This document shows, piece after piece, positions 13,050 through 24,173 of a stretch of 64,000 nucleotides of DNA. The position numbers and the translations under genes were made by a program. The first letter of the stretch is position 1; every line of letters begins with the position of its first letter. Under the pieces are notes generated by a model, which made no database searches, was not told the origin of the DNA, and saw nothing but the letters and a program-made list of their open reading frames with translations. The stretch covers positions 73,596,001 to 73,660,000 of the forward strand of contig CM059432.1 in the NCBI GenBank assembly GCA_030390025.1, given 5' to 3'. This DNA is from Squalus acanthias. Lineage: Eukaryota.

Positions 13050-13710
13050 ATGACAGGGAGATGGAGGAGAGGCAGCAAAGAAGAGGACAAGATGCTCGCA
13101 GAGAGAAGAGGAGGAAGGGGCAGGAGGGCTCTCAGCAGGAGGCATTACCCACCTAGGGTATTCAAGGAGCACTTTTCCTACCTGCACCTAAACGAGGAGC
13201 AGTATATTCGGAGGCTCTGCTTCAGCAAGGAGGTGGTCACAGAACTCTGCCACCTCCTGAAACCAGACCTGCAGCCTCAGAGCAGGGTGACGACAGCTCT
13301 CCCAGTGGCCCTCAAGGTCACCGTGGCCCTCAATTCTTTGCCACTTTGATCCTTCCAGTCTGGAGCAGGAGACATAGTCAACATCTCCCAGCTCACCATC
13401 CATCGCTGCATCTGGGAGGTTACAAAGGCTCTGTACTCCAGGAGAAGGGACTTCATTGTCTTCTATCTGAACACAGAAGCAGGAAGAGCACGCATTGACT
13501 GCTCGGGAGGAGCCCTCCAGTACATGCCAGAGCGGGTGTCCCATTTTGTGGTGCTCTCCTACATGTTCCACCAGTTGGTCATCATGAAAGTGCAGCCCTT
13601 GCCACCATGGGTTCCGGGACCACCCCAGGAGGAGGGGGAGGCAGGTAGGCAGCAGAAGCCTGTTCCGGACAGGCTGTCCGTGCATGCTTCATCGGACTCC
13701 GACTCCAATA
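13050..13710 (+). pseudogene. Harbinger transposase relic with the catalytic core deleted
   Basis: RRHYPPRVFKEHFSYLHLNEEQYIRRLCFSKEVVTELCHLLKPDLQP...ALPVALKVTVALN, then jumps near 13494 to D.SGGALQY.PERVSHFVV...HQL. Confidence 0.85.
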
Positions 13711-14076
13711 AATCAAACTCCAGATCCCTGTTGCTCACCACTTCCCCATCTTACCATCCCTCTGTCACGGAACATCACAGCATCCTCCTGGCTGAAATGA
13801 AAGCCACCACAAAACAAATATTCCAAACATAATTTATAAATTTATCAAATCAAAACAACAGTCAACTATTCAGCCTTGTACATTCCCTTAGGTCTGATTT
13901 TGTGTTGCTTTTCCTACTCTAGTGCTCCTACGAAGTGCTACCCCACAGTGGCTGCAGCATGGTGGAAGGCTGCTGACCTTCAGAGGGAGACACTTGCAGG
14001 ACGACCTCGAGCAGCTCTGGGCCTAGAAGGCCCAGCAGTAGATGACACCACTTCAGCATGGGCAGCAGCTGTCAGT

Positions 14077-16344
14077 GGTTCAAATAAATACATTTATGTG
14101 GCTCATAAATACAACTGAAGCTTAACCCTTTCACATTTTGGAACACACCCCGCTGTATACCCTTCTGCACCTACAATTGTCATCTTTCTTTTCCTACTTC
14201 TACGACTTGCACCCCCTGTGGCTTCAGCAGTGGTAAAGGCAGGCTGTTCACTTCCTTACTCTGACTGACAAGACACTTTCGGCAGACGTCCTCTGGGTTT
14301 TGGAATCTGTGAGGGTACCACCAAAGACTGCTCCTCCTGCACTTGTGCAAGGGTAGATTCGTCAATCAGGATCCGAAGCAGCATGTGGTGCTCTGACTGA
14401 GGGAGAGGCTATGGGGGAGAACTAGGAGCATTTTGAGCAGAGCCCCCACTTCCATGTCCCCTCTCATCATCATCCCTCTCATGGGCCACCCACACTTCCC
14501 TGCTAGCAAGGAGCTGGAGAGCACCTTGCTGCACATCAGTGGGACGATGAACGCCCAAGTCTAGGTTTGTATCCCTCTTCGAGCTGAGGTCAGTGAGCGT
14601 CTGCAATCTGTTGTTCACAGTAAGCATGTTTTCGTTCGACTGGCGCATTTGATGCTCCATGCAGGTGGCCATCCTTTCCATGGAAGAGCACATCGTAGCC
14701 ATCGCCTGCGACATGGTGCTGCTCATGTTGGAGATGGACTCCTCCATTCTCCCGCACATCGCGGCTGGAAAAGTTTCCAGAGCCTCCCGCATTTTTTGCT
14801 GCTCGTCCAAAATCATCCTCTTTGTCGACAGCCCCCGAGATTCAGCATCTGTGTCCAGCTGAGCAGAGCTTGGAGCGTCCTGCGCCCTCTGATGCGGACT
14901 CTCCACTACTGTCCCTGTCTCCACTATCTACTCTTGCTCACTTGTGATCTGTGAGGCACGAGGTGACAACACTACTTTCTCTCTCACTGGGCCCATCAAC
15001 GTGTGCATCTCTGCGCTGGTGCTGGGTGCGCATGGGCCTGGTGACGGTGTACCCTCAGAGACTGCAGCTTCCTCTGAGGAGTTGTCTTCCTCCTCCGGCT
15101 GGACAGTGAGGGGGAAGGGCATTTGATGGACCTGTGGGAAAGTAAAGACATGAATTAGAACGGTTATGATAAGAATGTTTTAAGTTACCATCATGCACAT
15201 GATGATATTTCACTGGCCGCTGACATCAAGTCACCATGAGTCACTGTTGTATGCCATGTGACTTTATGATATTGAATTCTGTCACCAGGTAGCTGGGAGG
15301 TCCCCCTCTCTCCGTCTCCCACCGTCAGCAGCTCCACAACTCTACTCAAGTCCAGCACCTCTCCCTCTGCTGCCATCAATGGTGTGGTAATTGGAGGGCC
15401 ACCTCCAGTTCTCTGCCTCTCCCTGTTGTTCTGGGCTCTCTTCTCCTGCAAGGAGGGAAACAAGAGACCTTTGAGTGAGAGTCATGGAATGAGTGTAAGG
15501 GATGGATGGGCTACATCTGTAGAGGGTGACTATGAGGGAGTGGAGCGACATTGCCAAATGGCCTCCTTCTGTGGCGTTAATTTCTATGATTGCATTAGGA
15601 TGAGGGGGAACGTCAGTGGTGGGTAGTCAGATGGAGATACGAGTAGGTGCATTGACAGTGAGGGATGGGTGCACCTGCAAGGAGGTTGGTGTGAGGATTG
15701 ATGTGCAGGAGTAGGCTTGGGAAGGCAGAGAGATGTGCAGAGTGAGATGACATGCACATTAGGATGTAGTTGAACGTAGCATTGTACTCACCTTTCCTGA
15801 CTTCATGAGGTCATTAAATCTCTTCCTGCTCTGTATCCAGGACCTGGTGACCACACTCCTCCTGCTCATTTCTTCGGCAATCGCCAGCCATGCCCTCTTT
15901 GTCTCTGCCGCTGGCCTCTTCCTCCTATCACCAGGGAAGAGGACCTCCCTGCGGGATTTCCAGAGGGGTATCACTGAATTTGGGGACAGTCTTTTGCCAC
16001 TGAGTCTGCGTTTTTGCTTACAAATCTTTAAACCTTTATCATCAAACAACTAGCTTACTCTCACGCCAACCACTGTCTCCCCCACCAACCTCTGCAGCAC
16101 CTCCACCAACCTTCACTGTCATCTGTGCAAGGCTCCTTAAAATAGCAGAGATGAAGTCGAGTCATCCGTGACATCATCAGGCCCGCTCCAGTTAATTGGC
16201 CAGGAAAGCCGCATGACTGATTCAATTGCAGTGGTTTATTTAAAAGGCACTGCAGAGCGCGCTGATAGAATGTCCAGGATAGCGACTTGCTACATGCCGC
16301 CCCCCCCCCACATCCAACCCGACAGAAAGCTAAAGATTCAGCCC
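14077..16344 (-). mobile_element. Nested part of a second Harbinger family carrying a spliced Myb/SANT-like gene
   Basis: Exon 1 (to 15792, donor GTGAGT) SRREVLFPGDRRKRP...W..IAEEMS...RSWIQSRKRFNDL; exon 2 15445-15286; exon 3 from 15131. Terminus-like AAGATTCAGCCC at 16333-16344 followed by AGT. Confidence 0.7.
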
Positions 16345-17274
16345 AGTGTGCCTTCTTCCCTCCTTCACTGCCATCCTCCATCACTTTGGGGACTGGCTGA
16401 CCAGGTTGGAGTTGTTGGGTATCTGAAAGCAGAAAGGCACATGGATCAGGTTGTGATGGGGTGGGGAGGGGGGGGGGCGGTCGGAAGCAAGATGTCCATG
16501 CATACACCATCAGTAGTTTGTGAGTGAGATGAGATTGTGGGATGAGGGGGCACGTAGGATGTGAGAAGAAGGATTAGGTATGAGCATACTGTCATCATTA
16601 GCAATGCTTTCAACTTCCTTGCCACAGACTCTGTGACTGCCCCTCCAATGATATCCAGAACTGCTTCCTCCAGCTCCGTGAGTTTCTGCAGTTGGGCTTC
16701 CCCTCTACCCGTCTGCTGCTGCTCCCAGCAGTTATGAGCCACCTTTGCCTGCAAGAGAAAGGGACGTGTGTCAGTGAGTGTGGTGCAATGTGTTTGGGTG
16801 ATGTGCTCGCCATGGTTGAATAGCTGGTAGTGTGTGCAAGGTGTGAGATGTGGGTGTGAGCATTGTAGCAGTGGTAAGTGTGTGAGGGTGAAGTGAAGCT
16901 ATGATTCTAAGGTACGAGTGGTGATTGGTAGAGATTGTTGGTGGGTGAGTGATGGGAGTGTGGTGCGTTGAGCAGTATGTGATGCTTGTGGTACAGATGG
17001 TGGGATATGCAATTTGATTATGCATTCACTCACCTTGACCACTCGTGTGAGGTCATTAAACTTTTTGCGGCACTGGATCCAGATCCTGGGGACAACATTC
17101 GTCACAGTGACGGCTTTAGCGATCTCCTACCACAGTCTTCTGGTGTTCTGCCTTGAAGGCCTCTTGCCCCCCATGCGGGTAGAGGACCTGATGGCGTCTT
17201 TGAACCCCCAGGACCAAGGCTTCCAGTGCCAGATCTGAAAATCTCCTCGCCCTTCCCCTTGTCTGTTTGGCCAT
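16345..17274 (-). pseudogene. Harbinger Myb/SANT-like DNA-binding gene, exons 1-3; its C-terminus resumes at ~14073-13890
   Basis: MAKQTRGRARRFSDLALEALV...RIWIQCRKKFNDLTRVVK|GTGAGT (exon ends 17034); exon 2 16748-16590 AKVAHN...TGRG...LTELEEAVLDIIG; acceptor TTTCAG before 16422. Confidence 0.85.
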
Positions 17275-18224
17275 GGCTCTCTCCACAATGACAATGAGGT
17301 GCTTCTGCAACAAAGCACCTCCACTTTAAGTAGTGCAGAGAGCATAGGTTAACCTTTATTGGCCAATAGACTGCACCCGATATTGCGCCCCCCCCCCCCC
17401 ACCGTTCAGCTCTAAGCCAATCAGCAGTGGGTTTGGCGCGGAGATCAGCACTGCAATCATTATAATGAACGGGCAGCATGAATTTTGCACGCTGGCTGCA
17501 TGACTTTGAATGGGCACGGGAACATAACGCTTTGCACTGCCCGCGCCCGTTTTTGGGCCATATCCAATTTCTGGGCCAGTGTCTTGGGGCTGTGGTAAAA
17601 GCTTTATCACTACTATGTTCTCATCACTGGTTATGCCGAAGTCCAGGAAAAGCAAAACACACATCACTGAAATAACTTTTTAAAAAATGACAATCGAAAT
17701 AAGTACTAACATTGACAAATACAGGCAGAATACATTTTATAGCAAATAAACAAACTTGACCAGTTCATCGTACACACAATATAACGAACGTCTGTTGTCA
17801 AATTAAACAAATTCAATGGCAATGACAACTAAAGAAGATCCATTTTTTCCAATAAGCAGATGTTCTTACAAGACAAGGCTGTCCACTTGCATCAATTAAT
17901 ATCAACAGCATACCCATTAAAATAGTAGCATGTTTGATCGCCTTGTTGGTTTTTGCATCTGACAGATAATACTAGAGATGGGAAAATGTCACAATAACTT
18001 AGTTATACATGGTTGCTTTTAACCAGTTCATTGACAAATTGCGCAGTGTTGCAAAAAACCTTTTGCTTCTTAATAATACATCATCCAAAGATGGAAATTA
18101 TAGTAATGCGCTTCAGTTTACAGTCAATATTTTAAGTCTTACTTTTTATAGCTGTGTAGACTGCAGCTCATTTAAAAAGTACACTTACTTTGTTCTAATA
18201 AAGGATTTTGTAGCTAACAATATA

Positions 18225-18648
18225 CAGGAAACTTTCGTTTATCCGGCACCCAAATATCCGGAATTCTCGCTTAACCGGCAAAAATCATCCTCCGAAAACT
18301 CCTCTCAAATAACCGGCAATGTTGCCGAGTCGCAGTCGAGTCTCCGCGAACGCCGAGTGCTCCGAAACTCCTCTCAAATAACCGGCAATGTTGCCGATCC
18401 CGAGTCCGAGTCAGAGTCCGCGAACGCCGATTTAGTCAGTAGGGGTACTTTTCAAAAGTGCCACTACTCGGCCTCCTGGCGCTGTCGGAAGTCCGAAACA
18501 CTGCAGTAGCAGGAGTTGATTCTCCCGCACTGCCTGGAGTCTCTTTGTTAAAAATAGCCTCGGTAGATATAACTCTCCGTTATCCGGTACTTTCGATAAA
18601 CCGGCACCACGCCGGTCCCGTCGATGCCGGATAAACGAAAGTTTTCTG
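18225..18648. mobile_element. Tc1/mariner-superfamily (pogo/Tigger-like) MITE
   Basis: TIR CAGGAAACTTTCGTTTATCCGGCA / TGCCGGATAAACGAAAGTTTTCTG; TA TSD; internal ~70-bp tandem duplication at 18290-18430. Confidence 0.85.
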
Positions 18649-18698
18649 TAATAATAGAAAGACATCATAAACACCAGTTCCATCTTTAAAACAAGTGC

Positions 18699-18862
18699 AG
18701 GATCATTTTCACCTTCACTGCCGGGGCAGTAATCTGGCAGTCGTACCTGCCCAGCTTTTATCGTATTGCAATCAGTGGTATGAAAATTTGGAAGATTCTA
18801 CAAATGGCAGGCGATCCGCTCTGCCACATTACTGCCCAGGCAGTAAAAATGAAAATAACCCC
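18699..18862. mobile_element. Short palindromic MITE
   Basis: Long imperfect inverted arms TTTTCACCTTCACTGCCGGGGCAGTAATCTGGCAG / CTGCCACATTACTGCCCAGGCAGTAAAAATGAAAA. Confidence 0.6.
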
Positions 18863-18913
18863 AATGATTTTTAATTTTCCCGGCTCCAAGAACAAGGAGG
18901 AATTTATATTATA

Positions 18914-19738
18914 GGGGGCGATTTCGCCAATGGGGGCGCGTTGGAGGCGGGACTGCTGCTTGTTCGGTCGATGTCCCGCCACCATCGATTCGTGGCCAAC
19001 CCACGCTATTTTCCCTTGATTGACCTTGTTAAGCCCACCCAGCGGCCAATTAAGGGAAAGCCGGTTACAGAGAATGTCAGCGTATGATGTTTCATCTGTC
19101 AAAAATTTTTGACAGATGAATTGTCATCGTTTGACAGCTCTGTGAAGCTATCAAACACTGACATTCTCTGTAGTTTGAGGAGTTCTTGAATTCAAGACTC
19201 ATCAAACCTCTTTCTTCAGCAGAAATTAGATGGTTGCTGCATTGGAGAATGCAACGGCCATCTGTCATCTCTGCCGCGGAGGTGCGAGACTCTCCGCATA
19301 CCCACCGATTGAAGCCTGCAGGAAGAATCAAAGGTAAGTAAACATTTTCTAACACTTTCCACTTACCTCACATACTCACCTCTCCACACTTGCACCCATC
19401 ACTTACCTTCACAGCGCACTTTTGCGCCCCTCCGACCCCCGCAGACCCACTACTCGCCTCGGTGACCCTGGTGGGGTTCGCAGCCTTCGGGAAGCCCGCA
19501 CTTGTGTGGGTAAAATGGGGATAATCCTCTTATCTGCCCGTTAACTAGCTGTTAACAGGCAGTTAAGTGGCTGTAATCCCCTTCCCGCCTCCAAGGAAAT
19601 GGGACCCGGCGCAGGTTGACTACCCGCCTCCTGACAAGATGGCACGGAAGCGGGTTGGGCACCCGCCCCCAAATTCTGCCATTTTCCCGGCAGTCCCGCC
19701 TCCATACCCGCCTCCCCAGGTCTGGCAAGATCACGCCC
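18914..19738. mobile_element. Harbinger-type MITE, same family as 54822-55653 in the opposite orientation
   Basis: TIR GGGGGCGATTTCGCC / GGCAAGATCACGCCC; flanks ATA/ATG; internal CTGTCAAA/TTTGACAG inverted motifs. Confidence 0.75.
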
Positions 19739-19925
19739 ATGGTATTAACTATGCACTCATGAACACAGATTTGTTAATTCAATTACTAAAACATCATTTT
19801 ATCAGATTCAAGTAAATTTTCTAAGAGATTTCCTTTCATAAGACACTGAATACATTTCCATACACGTGTGGATTAATGCAGATCATCAGCTCAGTAATTT
19901 AAAAATGCTTTGTTTGATTTTAACC

Positions 19926-20197
19926 AAAATGAGAAGTCGCACAACACCAGGTTATAGTCCAACAGTTTTATTTGAAATTACGAGCTTTTGGAGCTCTGCT
20001 CCTTCGTCAGGTACAGTGAGGGAATACAAATCGGTTACAAAGTATATATAGACAGAGAACAATGTGTCTGCAGAGATACAATCCGTCGCATAGACCTCCT
20101 CAGAAGGTGAACACGGGACACAACCAACAGAGTACCCTACGTCGTCCAGTACTTCCCTGGAGCGGAGAAACTACACCATGTTCTTCGCAGCCTTCAG
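19926..20197 (+). mobile_element. Penelope-like fragment: inverted pLTR (19926-~20062) followed by a sense ORF piece
   Basis: 19926-20012 matches 23946-24037. 20071-20197 translates RDTIRRIDLLRR*TRDTTNRVPYVVQYFPGAEKLHHVLRSLQ, homologous to the RVPLVLTFHP region of the PLE at 22745. Confidence 0.75.
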
Positions 20198-20404
20198 AAT
20201 TAGACGTATATCGCCGATCCTTCATCGTCGCTGGGTCAAAATCCTGGAACTCCCTCCCTAACAGCACTGTGTGAGTACCTTCACCACACGGACTGCAGCG
20301 GTTCAAGAAGGCCACTCACCACCACCTTCAAGGGCAACTAGGGACGGGCAATAAATGCTGGCCTTGCCAGCGACGCCCAGATCCCATAAGCGAATAAAAA
20401 AAAA
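20195..20404 (+). mobile_element. 3' end of the second LINE family (short copy)
   Basis: Matches 5670-5882; poly(A) tail. Confidence 0.9.
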
Positions 20405-20839
20405 TTACCTGTCATCTTATCATAGAATCATAGAATGGTTACAGCACGGAAGGTGGCCATTTGTCCAGTCGAGCCCATGCCGGCTCTCTGCAAGATCACT
20501 TTAGCTAGTCCCACTCCCCCACCTTGCAATTTTTTTTCCTTCATGTACTTATCCAACTCCCTTTTGAAAGCCACGATTGAGTCTGCCTCCACCACCCTTT
20601 CAAGCATTGCATTCCAGATCCTAACCACTTGCTGAGTAAAAAAGTTTTTCACTCATGTCGCCTTTGGTTCTTCTGCCAATCATCTTAAATCTGTGTCCTC
20701 TGGTTCTCAACTCTTCCGCCAATGGGAACAGAACAGTTTCTCTCTATCTACCCTGTCCATACCCCTCATGATTTTGAACACCTCTATCAAATCTCCTCTC
20801 AATCTTCTCTGCTCCAAGGAGAACAACCCTAGCTTCTCC

Positions 20840-23735
20840 CATGTGGATTCCAACTAAACTTCCACCCTTCGTGTTTCGGATCAACCCAGGATTACAAATA
20901 TCTCCAAGATATTCATCGTTCCTCGAACTACTGCTCTCGCCGCATCTTGAGATCCACGCTCAACGCCATGCGGCGCCACATGAACACTCTCGACATCTCT
21001 CTTCAGCAGCACCGACGCACTCTATCTCAAAGCTGTCCGGGTCCACATTTCCATTTCATCCTTAGACTCATCCGACGCTTCAACAAAAAACTTTTCTTCT
21101 TCCTTTCCGATGTCAAGGATCGCAAGCTTCAACAACTCTTGGACACTAACGCCCCTCCGGAACCTTCTTCCCCTTCACTTTCCTCTGACCCCCCTTCTCC
21201 CAATCTCACCCCCTGCCGCGTTTTCACTATCCCCTCTGACCTTCCCCTCTCTGACTCCGAACGATCAGTCCTCTGCAAAGGCCTGAGCTTCATCCCCTTA
21301 CGCCCCATCTCAATGAATCGAGCTCGGCACGATGCTGAGCTCTTTTTCCGCCGCCTCCGTCTCCGTGCCCACTTCTCTGGCCAGGAGTCTTCCCCCCGCA
21401 TGGCTGACCCTTTCTCCCACTTTCAGAATTCCCGTTCCACCTGGACCCCTCCCTCTGGACTCTTACCCTCTCTAGATCTTTTCATTGCTAACTGCCGCCG
21501 TGACATCGGCCAGCTCAATTTCTCTGCTCCCCTCACTCACTCCAACCTACCTCCCTCTGAACTTGCAGCACTCCATTCTCTCCGATCCAACCCTGACATT
21601 GTCATTAAACCTGCTGACAAGGGTGGCGCTGTTGTTGTTTGGCGACACCTCCTCCTACCTCCACCTGGACCATGACCCCACTACCGAATATCAAGCCACC
21701 GTGTCCAAGACTGTCACTGACCTCATCTCCTCTGGAGATCTTCCCCCCACGGCCGCCAACCTCATAGTTCCCCAACCCCGCACAGCCCGCTTCTACCTCC
21801 TTCCCAAGATCCACAAACAGGACTGCCCCGGTAGACCCATCGTTTCAGCCTGTTCTTGCCCCACGGAACTTATCTCTTCCTATCTCGACTCTATTTTTTC
21901 TCCCCTTGTCCAGTCTCTTCCCACCTACATCCGCGACTCTTCCGACGCCCTCCGCCATTTTAACAGTTTCCAGTTTCCCGGCCCCAACCGTCTCCTCTTC
22001 ACTATGGACGTACAATCCCTCTACACCTCCATTCCCCACCAGGATGGCCTGAGGGCGCTCCGCTTCTTCCTTGAACAGAGGCCCAACCAGTCCCCATCCA
22101 CCACCACCCTCCTCCGCCTGGCTGAACTTGTTCTCACATTGAACAACTTCTCCTTTGACTCTACCCATTTCCTCCAAATTAAAGGTGTTGCTATGGGTAC
22201 CTGCATGGGTCCTAGCTATGCCTGTCTTTTCGTGGGATATGTGGAACACTCTTTGTTCCAGTCCTACTCGGGTCCCCTCTCTCACCTCTTTTTCCGGTAC
22301 ATTGATGACTGTATCGGTGCCGTCTCCTGCTCTCGCCCTGAACTAGAACATTTCATTCACTATGCTTCCAATTTCCACCCTTCCCTCACCTTCACATGGT
22401 CCATCTCCGACTCTTCCCTTCCCTTCCTCGACTTCTCCATCGCCATCTCTGGGGATAGGTTATTGACTAACATTCACTACAAGCCCACTGACTCCCACAG
22501 CTACCTGGACTACACTTCCTCCCACCCCGCCTCCTGTAAGGACTCTATTCCATTCTCCCAGGTTCTCCGTCTCCGCCGCATCTGCTCTGATGATGCCACC
22601 TTCCATACTAGTGCTTCCGACATGTCTTCCTTTTTCCTCAACCGAGGATTCCCCTCTACCATGGTCGACACGGCCCTCGACCGTGTCCGTTCTATCTCCC
22701 GCACTTCTGCCCTCACCCCTGCCCCTCCCTCCCGGAACCACGATAGGGTTCCCCTTGTCCTCACCTTTCACCCACCAGCCTCCACATTCAACGGATCATC
22801 CTCCGCCATTTCCACCACCTCCAGCGTGATCCCACCACCAAACACATCTTCCCCTCACCTCCCCTTTCAGCATTCCGCAGGGACCGCTCCCTCCGCGACA
22901 CCCTAGTCCACTCCTCTACCACCCCCAGCACCCCTTCCCCTTCGCCCGGCACCTTCCCGTGCACGCGCAGGAGATGCAACACATGCCCTTATACCTCCCC
23001 TCTTCCCACTGTCCAGGGCCCCAAACACCCCTTCCAGGTGAAACAGCGATTTACTTGTACTTCCTGTAATTTAGTATACTGTATTCGCTGCTCACGATGT
23101 GGTCTCCTCTACATTGGGGAGACCAAACGCAGATTGGGTGATCGCTTTGCGGAACACCTCCGTTCAGTCCGTAAGGGGGACCCCGAGCTCCCGGTCGCCT
23201 GTCACTTTAATTCACCGCTTCACTCCCACTCTGACCTCACCGTCCTCGGCCTATTACACTGTTCCACGGAAGCGCAGCGTAAGCTCGAGGAACAGCACCT
23301 CATCTTTCGTTTAGGCACGCTACAGCCCTCTGGACTCAATATCGAGTTCAACAATTTTAGATCATAACCTCAGCTCCAATCACATTTATATTTTATTTTT
23401 TCCACCCTTTTATTTGCCCCCCCCCACCTTTTTTTTTCCTCCTAGAAGCTGGCAGCTGTCCTTCATTCTGCCAGTGGATTTCACACTTCTTTCAGCCTTA
23501 ATCTGTCACATTAACACCACCTCTAGCCTTGCATATCTCTTAATGTCTCTTCATCTCCCCCTTTGTTCCTTTATCCCCTCCCCCTTTTCCCAGCTTTACC
23601 CTGGCCTTAAATCTATTTGATTTCCAGCTCTTCCCAGTTCTGACGAAAGGTCATCGACCTGAAACGTTAACTCTTTCTCTCTCCACGGATGTTGTCTGGC
23701 CCGCTGAGTTTTTCCAGCGTTTTCTGTTGTTATTT
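20840..23735 (+). mobile_element. Penelope-like retroelement (Neptune-type), 5'-truncated, RT + GIY-YIG endonuclease + pLTR
   Basis: IKPADKGGAVVV, FYLLPKIHK..PGRPIVS, TMDVQSLYTSIP, GVAMG, RYIDD, LPFLD, cysteine linker C.RRRCNTC, LVYCIRCSRCGLLYIGETKR; frameshifted; 12-bp TSD CCYAGCTTCTCC (20828-20839, 23736-23747). Confidence 0.95.
23636..23672 (+). ncRNA. Minimal type-I hammerhead ribozyme motif in the PLE pLTR
   Basis: Stem I AGUU/AACU; core CUGACGA; extra A; stem II AGGUC-AUC-GACCU; GAAA; palindromic ACGU stem III; predicted cut after GUU (23668). Confidence 0.75.
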
Positions 23736-23947
23736 CCCAGCTTCTCCATTCTATCCATGCAACTGAAATCCCTCATCCCTGGAACCATTCTTGTAAATCT
23801 TTTCTGCACCCTCCCTAAGGCCTTCACATCCTTCCTAAAGTGCAGTGCCCAGAATTGGACACAATACTCCAGTTGAGGCCGAATCAGTGTTTTCTACAGG
23901 TTCATCATAATTTCCACACTTTTGTACTCTATGCCTCTATTCATGAA

Positions 23948-24173
23948 ATTGAGAGGTCGCACAACACCAGGTTATAGTCCAACAGTTTTATTTGAAATCA
24001 CAAGCTTTCGGAGCTATCGATCGCCCCTTCCTCAGGTGACTTCACCTGAGGAAGGGGCGATCGATAGCTCCGAAAGCTTGTGATTTCAAATAAAACTGTT
24101 GGACTATAACCGGTGTTGCGCGACCTCTCAATTTTGTCCACCCCAGTCCAACACCGGCATCTCCGCATCATGA
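23948..24173 (+). mobile_element. Mini Penelope-like insertion: inverted pLTR + pLTR + unique tail
   Basis: Arms 23946-24039 / 24042-24134 form a near-perfect inverted repeat; ~38-nt unpaired tail; 14-bp TSD CCTCTATTCATGAA (23934-23947, 24174-24187). Confidence 0.9.
24042..24083 (+). ncRNA. Minimal hammerhead ribozyme motif, with a mirror copy on the minus strand at 23998-24039
   Basis: Stem I UCAC/GUGA; CUGAGGA; A; stem II GGGGC...GCUCC; GAAA; palindromic AGCU stem III; CUU triplet. Confidence 0.7.

Larger units (their letters stand above)
12569..17577 (+). mobile_element. Harbinger transposon with both termini (internally deleted): transposase (+) convergent with Myb/SANT-like gene (-)
   Basis: TIRs GGCCGCGAATTT / AATTTCTGGGCC; perfect TSD AGT (12566-12568, 17578-17580); internal gene relics. 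Confidence 0.9.

Noticed and set aside
18290..18430. Two ~38-nt direct repeats with spacers, superficially CRISPR-like
   Set aside because: Only two units, the spacers resemble each other, it lies inside a eukaryotic MITE and there are no cas genes.
18009..18509. 166-aa ORF with an internal repeat
   Set aside because: It spans unique DNA and a Tigger-like MITE; the repeat is the MITE's internal duplication.
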